From a virus (Duplodnaviria > Caudoviricetes), in IMG/VR virus record IMGVR_UViG_3300024187_000014, positions 1 to 40,874 of that record: a stretch of DNA of 40,874 nt, one strand, 5' to 3'. The notes beneath the pieces were generated by a model. The model ran no database searches, had not been told where the DNA came from, and saw nothing but the letters and a program-made list of their open reading frames with translations. Made by a program: the position numbers and the translations under genes. Shown here one piece after another: positions 28,984-37,427 of this stretch (the first letter of the stretch is position 1; the number at the start of each line of letters is the position of its first letter).

Positions 28984-29907
28984 CTATACGTAACTTCCGT
29001 TAACGCAATGATCCGTAGTAGTCGCGGCCGTGTAAGTCGCCGCGGTAGTCGAGATACCAACAGCAATACCCGTAGCGAGGTTCTTTCCGCACGATCCAAA
29101 AAAATCCTCACCTAACTCTAACGTACCCGGCACCGTTGCACTACCGGCCGGAATCGGAAAGGACCAAATCGGCACGTCAGGGTTTGCCGGCGCGGTTGCT
29201 TTGTTATGTATCTGTAGATATCGAACCGCCGCATTGATATTCGATACGTAAACCGACATTAGATTGCCGGCTGACCCCTTAACCGCAATCGCTACAGAGG
29301 TTAGAAACGTGCCAAAGGGTGACGCGGAGTAAGTTGCAGATGCTACCGGCTTTTTAGCTGTGGCAATGACAGCGTTAGTGTTATCTTCAGCTGCCGGCGC
29401 AAACTGCTCCGTGACGTGCGCCCCGTCTACAGAATTTCCCGGTAGCCTGTCCCACGTCGCACCGTCCCATACCATTCCAAACGCTGCTACCGACGTAGTA
29501 GTGGGATTCGCAGTATTGTCCGCTAGTGCAGCTGCGGGCGGAAACTCAGTATCGACGGTAACTGTAGCTCCGCCACTAATGCCTACATTGCACGCGCCTA
29601 CTGTAGCTACCGGCCCCGTACCTGAGGTAGCTACAGTACGCTTGAGCTTGAATTGAGAAAACCCAGCACAATTAGCCGTCCATTGTCCGTTAGCTGTAGC
29701 ACTGGTTACAGTAGCTCCGCCCGCAATAGGAGTCGCCGGGATAAGATCGAAATTAGTCCCGTCTACGGACGCGGAAAAAGTAACAGTACCCGCCCACGTT
29801 CCCGTAAGCTGTACTGCTACCCCTCCGCCCCCGTCTACGGGCATTATCAATTCGTCGTTAGCAGCTGCTAACGTCGCCTGCTTTGTTCGTAGCGTCGATT
29901 GGATCAT
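28984..29907 (-). CDS. Ala/Thr-rich putative virion protein (two beta-sandwich-like domains)
   Basis: GTWAGTVTFSASVDGTNF and VKGSAGNL...YLQIHN motifs. Confidence 0.6.
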   Translation of the reverse strand: MIQSTLRTKQATLAAANDELIMPVDGGGGVAVQLTGTWAGTVTFSASVDGTNFDLIPATPIAGGATVTSATANGQWTANCAGFSQFKLKRTVATSGTGPVATVGACNVGISGGATVTVDTEFPPAAALADNTANPTTTSVAAFGMVWDGATWDRLPGNSVDGAHVTEQFAPAAEDNTNAVIATAKKPVASATYSASPFGTFLTSVAIAVKGSAGNLMSVYVSNINAAVRYLQIHNKATAPANPDVPIWSFPIPAGSATVPGTLELGEDFFGSCGKNLATGIAVGISTTAATYTAATTTDHCVNGSYV

Positions 29908-29955
29908 TAGTAGTTACCTCAGTTAACGGTATACACCCGTACAGTAACTACTAGA

Positions 29956-30882
29956 TCAAGAGTCACTCGCGGGGTCGAGTGCCCCGCTAGTATTTACAAC
30001 GTGGTTCGCATAGTTATTCGACGCATAGCAAGAGGCACACGCCACGCTACCCGCGATTGCCGTTTTAGCGGACGCAACACGATTACCGTATACGTGCCCC
30101 GTAGTACCCGCTAGAAGCGAAATCGGAATCGCACCCGTAGAGTTAAGGGTAATCAGAGTATTATTCCCGATTTCCACATCAAGCGATGCCGTGGTTCCGC
30201 CGACAATAACTCCGTTAGCGGGGTTCGACGTAGCAAACCCCTTTAGCTTGATATAGTTATTCAGAATCTTAGCGCGGTCTGCACCGACGAGCTTAATCCA
30301 TTCTTGAAGTGATGCCGCAGCTTGACCTGAAATAATGTGTCGGCAATTCTGAATTACAAGATCGTCCGCAAGTGCGGACGTTAGCACAAACTGCAACGGG
30401 GCGCATGACGTAGTTTCCTCAACGTCCACTCCGTCAAGCTCGCATCCCGCAGCTGTGATATTGAAAATCGAAACCACCGCGTCAACGTCGCAGGTAATGC
30501 GGAGATTAGAGAATCGAACCCGCGCCGCACTAACGGCGATTGTCGTACCCGCAGTATGCAGCGTAATCAGAGGGCGCCGTTTACCTGTACCTAACCCGCG
30601 AACCTGTACCCCAGCCTTACTTGCGGCAATTGCCGCGGCACCAGAAATCGACTCACTATGATCTTGACAAACTAGAATGATATCGTCGTTGTCCGCAGTA
30701 CATTGCGTAATAGCGTAGTTGATCGTAGCGAAAGGGTTTTCAGGCGACCCACCGTAATTCGGACTATCAACCCCGTTAACGGATCGAACATAGAACACAG
30801 TGCCGATAGGCTCGTTAAACCGATAAGAGCCGGTATCAAGTCGAGTATTACCGCCGACTTGGGGCCAATTGCGTTTTGCCAT
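29956..30882 (-). CDS. Pectin-lyase-like beta-helix protein (putative virion/adhesion)
   Basis: FYV...GSPENPFATINYAI...DIILV N-terminus; repeated I.NN stacks. Confidence 0.65.
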   Translation of the reverse strand: MAKRNWPQVGGNTRLDTGSYRFNEPIGTVFYVRSVNGVDSPNYGGSPENPFATINYAITQCTADNDDIILVCQDHSESISGAAAIAASKAGVQVRGLGTGKRRPLITLHTAGTTIAVSAARVRFSNLRITCDVDAVVSIFNITAAGCELDGVDVEETTSCAPLQFVLTSALADDLVIQNCRHIISGQAAASLQEWIKLVGADRAKILNNYIKLKGFATSNPANGVIVGGTTASLDVEIGNNTLITLNSTGAIPISLLAGTTGHVYGNRVASAKTAIAGSVACASCYASNNYANHVVNTSGALDPASDS

Positions 30883-30930
30883 TTGTCGTTACCTCAATTA
30901 ACTATTGTTCAAGTCCCCGAAATCTCAATT

Positions 30931-31347
30931 TCAAGTTGCAGCCAGCAAAAGTTTCGCCGCTTCAATAGCCTGCGCTTGCACGCAGGCCGGCGCCGCGGAA
31001 GTCTGATCCACAAATCGAGACTTTTCCATGCGCTCAAGCAAATACACACATGCTTTCCAGTCTTTAGAAGCATGAAGCCGGATAGTCTCTAGCAATCGGC
31101 GGCGCCCCGTAACGCGCGCCTTAGAAATCTTAAGGTAGAAGTCAACGTATACATCGTAGTCGTTCGATACCTTGTCGCCATGGGTCCGGCTCTTGCCGAT
31201 CTTGTACCAGCGCTTAAACGTGTTTACGCTAACTCCCTCATGCTTGCAAGCATCAGAGATACCGAGTCCATCCTCCAGCAGCTCCGCGAAAATCGAAACA
31301 TAAACGCGGGCAAGTTCGGGCATGCGTCGCGGGAGTTTAGTTCTCAT
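30931..31347 (-). CDS. Putative terminase small subunit (HTH)
   Basis: ACKHEGVSVNTFKRW and KDWKACVYLLER motifs. Confidence 0.7.
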   Translation of the reverse strand: MRTKLPRRMPELARVYVSIFAELLEDGLGISDACKHEGVSVNTFKRWYKIGKSRTHGDKVSNDYDVYVDFYLKISKARVTGRRRLLETIRLHASKDWKACVYLLERMEKSRFVDQTSAAPACVQAQAIEAAKLLLAAT

Positions 31348-31556
31348 ACCGTCACCTTCATTGCTTTGCGTAGCTGCCTAATCCGTTCCCGTGTAGTTTT
31401 GAGAACTTTCGCTATGTGAGAATCGCGCCACCCGGATCGAATCAACCGTTCTACGTGTTCGTGATCTAAACGCCGGCGCCGTTTACCGCTACACCGTTGA
31501 CACTGTTTAGCGGTACTACACTTTGGACCGGGACACGTAGGGCACTGATCTAGCAC
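31344..31556 (-). CDS. Zinc-ribbon + HTH protein
   Basis: CPTC...CQRC; IAKVLKTTRERIRQL resembles a sigma region-4 HTH. Confidence 0.65.
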   Translation of the reverse strand: MLDQCPTCPGPKCSTAKQCQRCSGKRRRRLDHEHVERLIRSGWRDSHIAKVLKTTRERIRQLRKAMKVTV

Positions 31557-31616
31557 GGAAGTCGCGTTACCTGAGTTAACAGTCCGGGAGAAATGGCAAT
31601 TTCAAAGTGTACTATC

Positions 31617-31644
31617 ATTGTATCAGAAAATAATCTAATGTCAA
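31617..31644 (-). promoter_or_regulatory. Leftward promoter for the late arm
   Basis: Minus strand TTGACA, 16-bp spacer, TG-A-TACAAT. Confidence 0.6.
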
Positions 31645-31670
31645 TAGATCAAATATTATTTTCTAAAAAT

Positions 31671-31949
31671 TTAGCTTGACAAATCGGGGTCGACCATTAC
31701 CGGCATTCCCATGAAGTACCCGACGCAATTCTCCCCGAATGCCACTTTACGAAACTCCTCATCCTGCGCATCACTGTCCGTTAGCTCTATCAGTTCCCGC
31801 CGCAGTTTCGCAGTAACGGGGTAGTCTCGCGCGGACATTGCATTACATTCATCACATTCAAGTAAATGTCTGAATATGGCGGCACGCTCCGCGCGACTAA
31901 CATCCTTAGCGGGTATCGGTGCCAGTTTTCGGAACTCCTCACAAGTCAC
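31671..31949 (-). CDS. zf-HC2 (ZAS anti-sigma-like) protein
   Basis: MTCEEFRKL...RHLLECDEC fits C...HxxxCxxC. Confidence 0.65.
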   Translation of the reverse strand: MTCEEFRKLAPIPAKDVSRAERAAIFRHLLECDECNAMSARDYPVTAKLRRELIELTDSDAQDEEFRKVAFGENCVGYFMGMPVMVDPDLSS

Positions 31950-32134
31950 GATGGTATACCCCCAATACGCGGTATCACAATCTGCGGTACGTTATCAGGC
32001 TTCTCTATCGACTGTCGTATCAGGTCCGCTTTCGCCAGCTCCAGTAACCCGATAAGTTGCGCCTTATCTGGGAAGTTAGATTGAATCCCCACGCCCTTCG
32101 TCTTAGGATCATACTGTAGCAGAAACTTGAACAT
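31946..32134 (-). CDS. Small hypothetical protein
   Basis: GGAGG RBS; ATGA coupling to the next gene. Confidence 0.65.
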   Translation of the reverse strand: MFKFLLQYDPKTKGVGIQSNFPDKAQLIGLLELAKADLIRQSIEKPDNVPQIVIPRIGGIPS

Positions 32135-32529
32135 TGCGCCCTCCAGGGTTAATTACCTCAGTTAACATAATACCATACGTGTCAATAGATATTTTCAAAA
32201 ATTATTTTTCTCGCCTCTTGACAAAGGTTTATTTTTTGTTCTAATGAATGAAACCCCGGAGAAAATATGCAAACTTCTATTGACACGATTCCTCAACAAA
32301 CGTATCATGTAGTTATAACGTATCCGCTAGGGTAGTATATCTTTATAGAGAGAGAGAGAGATTAGAGTATATACCATAGGGTCGAACTCGTTGTAATGAC
32401 ATGAAACAGTACCTAGTTATTCAGTACAAAAGGTTAGTTTGACAAAGATGGGTAGGATAGTTCGATTACCGGGGGAGCGATAATCCTTACTAAGTTGATA
32501 AGGATAGTAAACATTAACTGAGGTATATC
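32135..32529. promoter_or_regulatory. Divergent AT-rich control region between the late and early arms
   Basis: Non-coding; TTGACA-17-TATCAT at 32280-32308; further TTGACA at 32218 and 32439, and TGTCAA at 32180; (AG)n tract near 32347-32361; motifs at 32153 and 32514. Confidence 0.75.
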
Positions 32530-32922
32530 GTGCGGAAGGTCATGTGTCAAGCTGGTTGCGGCAAGATCATTAACGAATACTCCGGGGGTCGACCGAAAAA
32601 ATACTGTGGAGCGGAGTGCCGGCGCCGCGCTCAGTTAGACCAGAAACGGGAGCAGTTCCCGGAGACTGACGGTAAGTGCCAGAATCCCGAATGTGCGAAC
32701 AGTGTTACCGACTGGCTAGGGTTTGGGGCGCCCCCGCGGTATTGTTCCCTGTCGTGCCGAAATCGGGCTAACTACTTGCGTCAGCGTGCCCGACAGCAAG
32801 CTAAGCCCCGGCCGAAGTGTCGGCGCTGCCTCTGCGGAGTACCCGACCTTGACAGCTTATGCCCAACGTGCTACATTGACACGCGCGATACCTTAACTCT
32901 GATGGAAGGCGCCGGTATATGA
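32530..32922 (+). CDS. Multi zinc-finger protein
   Basis: Two C..C-(n)-YC(G/S)..CR units plus a third CxxC pair. Confidence 0.7.
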   Translation: MRKVMCQAGCGKIINEYSGGRPKKYCGAECRRRAQLDQKREQFPETDGKCQNPECANSVTDWLGFGAPPRYCSLSCRNRANYLRQRARQQAKPRPKCRRCLCGVPDLDSLCPTCYIDTRDTLTLMEGAGI

Positions 32923-33131
32923 AAAAGTGCAAATGTCGAACCTGCGGCGGGCTGTACGACGACATGACATTCAAAGCTCTGTACAAGGGTTATTGTTCTA
33001 ACCACTGTATGAATACGATGGTAAGCAGGATACGGCGGGAGTGCCCCGACTATCGAGGGGTAGACTTAGGGGAAATACTGGTGGATACAGGAGAAATTGG
33101 ACACGTACCCGCACCGGAGAACGTCGTATGA
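32919..33131 (+). CDS. Zinc-finger protein
   Basis: CRTC...YCSNHC; ATGA coupling. Confidence 0.65.
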   Translation: MKKCKCRTCGGLYDDMTFKALYKGYCSNHCMNTMVSRIRRECPDYRGVDLGEILVDTGEIGHVPAPENVV

Positions 33132-33265
33132 TAAAGTGCAAACGATGTAATACAAAGTTTTACCGCGTATTATCGGGTAGAATCCCGTTATACTGTTCGG
33201 CTGAGTGCCGTATGCAAGCCGTGCACCTTCGGAGAAAAATAAAAAATTCAAGAGGTGCCACTTGA
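33128..33265 (+). CDS. Small zinc-finger protein (45 aa)
   Basis: CKRC...YCSAECR; GGAG RBS; ATGA coupling. Confidence 0.6.
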   Translation: MIKCKRCNTKFYRVLSGRIPLYCSAECRMQAVHLRRKIKNSRGAT

Positions 33266-33474
33266 CATTGCTAGGAAACTTGATCCGCCAAATACGTTGC
33301 CGTTACGGGTTAACTCAGGTAGCTTTCGCGGTAAAACTAGGTATAACGCTGGCGCATCTAGGTAATATCGAGAATAACAAAGTTATACCTAGTGTAAGAT
33401 TATTGCAACGAATTGAGGAAGTTTATGACGTGAACTTCCAAATAATTCTCAGAAAAAATAAAACTTTGACTTGA
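33262..33474 (+). CDS. Xre-family HTH transcriptional regulator
   Basis: IRQIR...GLTQ..FA.KLGIT..HL.NIENN...PS; GAGG RBS before TTG at 33262. Confidence 0.85.
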   Translation: MTLLGNLIRQIRCRYGLTQVAFAVKLGITLAHLGNIENNKVIPSVRLLQRIEEVYDVNFQIILRKNKTLT

Positions 33475-33509
33475 CAAGCATGGTACAATATTAACTGAGG
33501 TAAATTGAA

Positions 33510-35066
33510 ATGAATCTCTACGACTATCAAGAGCAAGCTGTACTCCACGCGCTCAACTCGCGCGAGCAGTACACACTGATCGCATCCCCGACCGGAACGG
33601 GGAAAAGTTACATGATTCTTGAGGAGCAAAAGCGGAGGGAATCCGCGTGGGTCATTACGCCGCGAATCGAGATTATCCGGGATATGCTCAAGAAACTCGG
33701 ATACAATGCAGACCTGTACACAGAGCAACAAATTATCGATGCCAGTTGGCGTATGTGTATCACTACGCCAATGCGCCTACGCAACCTCATGCTGAAGGGC
33801 GAATTCCGCGAACCGCTGAAACACCTAATTTGGGACGAAGTACACCACCATTCCGCGGACTCTTACCAGCTCTTAGACCTAATGGCAGGGGTACGTAGTA
33901 CCGGGTACACTGCAACCCCGTTCCGCGGTACTCCGAAACAAACTGCGGAATTCCGGGACAAGTGGGGCGAACCGTATTGGGCTATCACGCTGCACAATGC
34001 GGTATCGCAAGGTGTACTAGCGATACCTGAGGTAACGATTAAACCCCTCATTGACGACGATATCGTTAAGGTAGTCAATGGCGAGTTTCAAATCGAATCC
34101 CTAGACGACGCTATCCGAACGCGCCTTGATGATGTAGTGGAGTTGCTAGAGGGGTACTACGATATAGGGCATCCTGAGTGTACAGAGCAAATCGGAGAGG
34201 TAGTGTTACGGGGGCAGGGTATCGACAAACCTACAATGATTTCCGTACCCAGCTCAAAATGCGCCTACGAGCTGGCGGAAGCTATGGGTAAGGTGTCACT
34301 ACCCGCGCGAGTAGTGAATCAAGCAACCAGTTTCGCGGATCGAAAAGCCGCTTTCGCATCCTGTATCAAGGGCCAGAGTTTTCTGATTCAGATTGACGTA
34401 GTGTCAGAGGGTGTAGACTTACCGCAACTCCGCCGTTTAGTCGATTTGCGCCCTACGCTTTCCCCCGTAAAGTGGCTTCAGCAAGTCGGGCGCATTACGC
34501 GACCCGGCCCGATTACTCCTGAGTACGTTTGCACGAATCGTAATTTGCTCCGCCATTGCTACTTGCTTGAAGGCATGATACCGATAGGCAAGGTACTTGA
34601 GGCACAGGAAGCATTCCCCAAGACGGCGCGTACGCTCGCCATGCGTACATTAGGACTTGAGGCGCTAGGTCGATTCAAGCCTACGACCGTCAAGCTATCC
34701 AACGGCCTAGATTGTGTTTTTTATTCTCTGTCGTCTCTTGACAACGGGAGGAAGATTGATTATACTCTAATACTACATCCTATGATTTCGACCCCCCTAG
34801 TGGCGAAGCGGGAAATGAGTCGAGAACAGTGGGACGCGATCATACAGGGTACTCTGAAGCGCGGCGCGAACTGGCGTGAACAGTCTACCCCGTTAACTGA
34901 GGTAACGGGATTTCAATCTGTAACGGCGAAAAGTATCTCGGAGAAACAACGGGCATGGTGGGAGCGTTCCGCGGAGAGATTCGGGCTTGATTCGTCGCAG
35001 AAAATCGACGCGAAACAGTTCCAGATTCTCCCGGTACTCTCGGACCTTGGAAAGAGGATACTGTGA
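33510..35066 (+). CDS. Superfamily 2 (DEAH/ResIII-like) helicase
   Basis: LYDYQ, SPTGTGKS, DEVHH, TATP, EGVDLP and QQVGRITR motifs. Confidence 0.93.
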   Translation: MNLYDYQEQAVLHALNSREQYTLIASPTGTGKSYMILEEQKRRESAWVITPRIEIIRDMLKKLGYNADLYTEQQIIDASWRMCITTPMRLRNLMLKGEFREPLKHLIWDEVHHHSADSYQLLDLMAGVRSTGYTATPFRGTPKQTAEFRDKWGEPYWAITLHNAVSQGVLAIPEVTIKPLIDDDIVKVVNGEFQIESLDDAIRTRLDDVVELLEGYYDIGHPECTEQIGEVVLRGQGIDKPTMISVPSSKCAYELAEAMGKVSLPARVVNQATSFADRKAAFASCIKGQSFLIQIDVVSEGVDLPQLRRLVDLRPTLSPVKWLQQVGRITRPGPITPEYVCTNRNLLRHCYLLEGMIPIGKVLEAQEAFPKTARTLAMRTLGLEALGRFKPTTVKLSNGLDCVFYSLSSLDNGRKIDYTLILHPMISTPLVAKREMSREQWDAIIQGTLKRGANWREQSTPLTEVTGFQSVTAKSISEKQRAWWERSAERFGLDSSQKIDAKQFQILPVLSDLGKRIL

Positions 35067-35260
35067 ACAACATACCACCAAGTGAAATGAACGATAGTGA
35101 CATTGTACGTGCAGCTAAGATGCGCGCAGCTTCAGAAATCCTACGGGCGCCTATGCCTACAGGCGAAACGCTGCAACATGGCTTACGCCGCCTAGCTATC
35201 GAATACCTGTACTATCAGCTAGGCGGTAGGTCTAACTTTACTTCCCAACCTAGGAGTTGA
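35063..35260 (+). CDS. Hypothetical protein
   Basis: GTGA coupling; GAGG RBS. Confidence 0.6.
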   Translation: MNNIPPSEMNDSDIVRAAKMRAASEILRAPMPTGETLQHGLRRLAIEYLYYQLGGRSNFTSQPRS

Positions 35261-35261
35261 A

Positions 35262-35570
35262 ATGCAAAACGGAATCGATATGACCGCGATGACAAATGCC
35301 GCTACGCTTGTCGGCATAGAAACATTAGGCCGCGCGATCACAGAGCGATTCAAGTCGGACCCGTCTGCGCCCGGTATTAATCTATCGTACCTGCCTAACG
35401 GGCAATGGTACGGATCGATCCTCCGATACACCGAACGACTAGGGCAAGGAAAAGTTGTCCTACTCAAGTGCAAGCGTGCCACTCTTGAGGAAGTTATCAC
35501 GGAGCTTGAATACGCTTGGCGCGATTACGTAACCCTTAACCCCTTAACTGAGGTAACTAACAATGGCTAA
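35262..35570 (+). CDS. Hypothetical protein
   Basis: GGAG-TTGAA-ATG leader. Confidence 0.65.
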   Translation: MQNGIDMTAMTNAATLVGIETLGRAITERFKSDPSAPGINLSYLPNGQWYGSILRYTERLGQGKVVLLKCKRATLEEVITELEYAWRDYVTLNPLTEVTNNG

Positions 35571-36246
35571 GTCAGAAGTCCCCAGCGTGGCACAACCCGA
35601 AGAAAACCTCGAATACGAGAAGGCTTTCCTTGAGCGCGAAGGAATCGACGAACTCACGAATGAAATCGAGGACGAAGAAAGGAAGATGGAATCGGAAATC
35701 AAGCGCCGTTCCAAAGGTAAGACGCCTGAGTACGAAGCTGTAATTCGGCGCACATTGGAGAGCTACCACAAGCACAAGACGGCGCCGAAACGCGCCGCGG
35801 TACAGGACCTAATGAAAGAGCGCGACGCGAAGCTCGATACTCTGGTACATAAAGTCAAATGGGTTACGACGAATGGCGCCCGTCAAGCTGCGACTACTCA
35901 CGCGAGCGAGTATGCGGAGTATAGCCCCGACGTTGATATGCAACGTGCCTACGCTCGCGCGGCTCTTGAACCCCTGAAGCAGTATTACGAGAAGCTGGGG
36001 TTTAAGGCGCGCGTTGTCGGGCGCGAAGATGAAAAAGGATATCATTACGGTCTAGTGGTGAACTGCCACCATTGGGTGCCCGATGCCGTGGAACGACTCC
36101 GTACAGCGTCCCCCGATAACGTCGGCGATATCAAGGCAGTTATCAAGCTTGATTCTGGGGTTGATATCCGCCTACTGTTCCCCTCTGTCACGGATGAGGA
36201 GCTTGGATCGATCACAGGCAGTTTAGTAGGAGCGAGTACAACATGA
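35563..36246 (+). CDS. Hypothetical acidic/coiled-coil protein
   Basis: RBS lies in the motif at 35544. Confidence 0.7.
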   Translation: MAKSEVPSVAQPEENLEYEKAFLEREGIDELTNEIEDEERKMESEIKRRSKGKTPEYEAVIRRTLESYHKHKTAPKRAAVQDLMKERDAKLDTLVHKVKWVTTNGARQAATTHASEYAEYSPDVDMQRAYARAALEPLKQYYEKLGFKARVVGREDEKGYHYGLVVNCHHWVPDAVERLRTASPDNVGDIKAVIKLDSGVDIRLLFPSVTDEELGSITGSLVGASTT

Positions 36247-36632
36247 TTTTTGATATTCACAAAGCACTTGAACTGCGAAGTAAGTTAGATCAAGCTAAGC
36301 AGAAGTTTGCGTCAACAAGATGTAGCGACGCTAAAGGTACGATAGCGTTAACTGAGGTAATCGAGGAGCTAGTTACACTCTTACTCGCTCCGCAAACTGT
36401 ATTCGTGCAGGAGCAAGTGAGAAATGAATTCGGGCCGGAGATAACGAAGCTTGATAATGAGATAGAACGTCCGCCGGTTAAGTTATGGTATGATTTACCG
36501 CAAGAATTACGAATGGCACTGTTAGCATTCGCCGAACGCTGGGCGCTTATACGGATTAAGGGTGAAAAAGATACGGAGCCTCCGCACGACATAGCAAAGC
36601 TATTAGGGCAGTGCGGAGTACGGCATGAATAA
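36243..36632 (+). CDS. Hypothetical protein
   Basis: ATGA coupling; in operon. Confidence 0.65.
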   Translation: MIFDIHKALELRSKLDQAKQKFASTRCSDAKGTIALTEVIEELVTLLLAPQTVFVQEQVRNEFGPEITKLDNEIERPPVKLWYDLPQELRMALLAFAERWALIRIKGEKDTEPPHDIAKLLGQCGVRHE

Positions 36633-37425
36633 ACCCGATTTGTCAAAATTCGGAACCGCGGCAGCGCCACTACGGGCTAGCTCGATTCCGATGCTTTTGG
36701 CGTGCCCCTGGCGCGCTGTGATGGTATTCATGCGAGAATATCCCGACTTTGCAGGAATCGCGGCGGATACCGGGTCCGCGGTGCATAAAGCGATTGAAGT
36801 CTATCACCGGGATAGGAAATCGTTCGATGAGTGCCTAGCTGAAGCGCTGAATGAGGTTAACTCAGGTAAGTATCCACGGAGGGACGCGGACGATACGCGC
36901 TTGCACTTTCGAGGATACTACGATGACCCCCGAAACCGAACAGCTAAAATCATCAAAAGCGAGGAGCCGGTCGAATTTACGGTTAAAGAGGAAGAAACGG
37001 AAGTAACATTCCAAGGAACTTTTGACCAAATTCGACTTGACAGCGGGCAGAATATCCTGTATGATATCAAGACAGGGAAAAGCCTTGAAGCGTGGAACCT
37101 ACTTCAAGAGCGTACCTTGCAGCTTGCGTGCTACTGGATCGGTGCGCGGGAGAAAGGAATCGACGTTGACAAGGTAGGTATCATCTATACCTATGGATAT
37201 CGGAAGCGTGGGTACGACGGGGTAAGTGGCGTTTTCCTCTTGCACCCGATGAGGTACGCCGATTGCCATACACTTATAAAGGGGGTGATTCGACAAGTGA
37301 AGGCGATTCGCGCGGGGCAGATTAACGTATACCCCGGCGCTCAATGTAGTTTTTGTCCGGCAAGTAGTGTGTCTACCTGCCTACCACTCTTGAAAGAACG
37401 TGTTGAACTAGGAATAAGGAAATAA
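36625..37425 (+). CDS. PD-(D/E)XK nuclease, RecB/Cas4-like
   Basis: CP...GSAVH, GTFD, YDIKTG, QLACY, C-terminal CSFCP....C. Confidence 0.85.
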   Translation: MNKPDLSKFGTAAAPLRASSIPMLLACPWRAVMVFMREYPDFAGIAADTGSAVHKAIEVYHRDRKSFDECLAEALNEVNSGKYPRRDADDTRLHFRGYYDDPRNRTAKIIKSEEPVEFTVKEEETEVTFQGTFDQIRLDSGQNILYDIKTGKSLEAWNLLQERTLQLACYWIGAREKGIDVDKVGIIYTYGYRKRGYDGVSGVFLLHPMRYADCHTLIKGVIRQVKAIRAGQINVYPGAQCSFCPASSVSTCLPLLKERVELGIRK

Positions 37426-37427
37426 CA

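Noticed and set aside
36625-37425. Cas4-like gene as evidence of a CRISPR-Cas system
   Set aside because: Stand-alone RecB/Cas4-like nucleases are common in phage replication modules; there is no cas1 or array.
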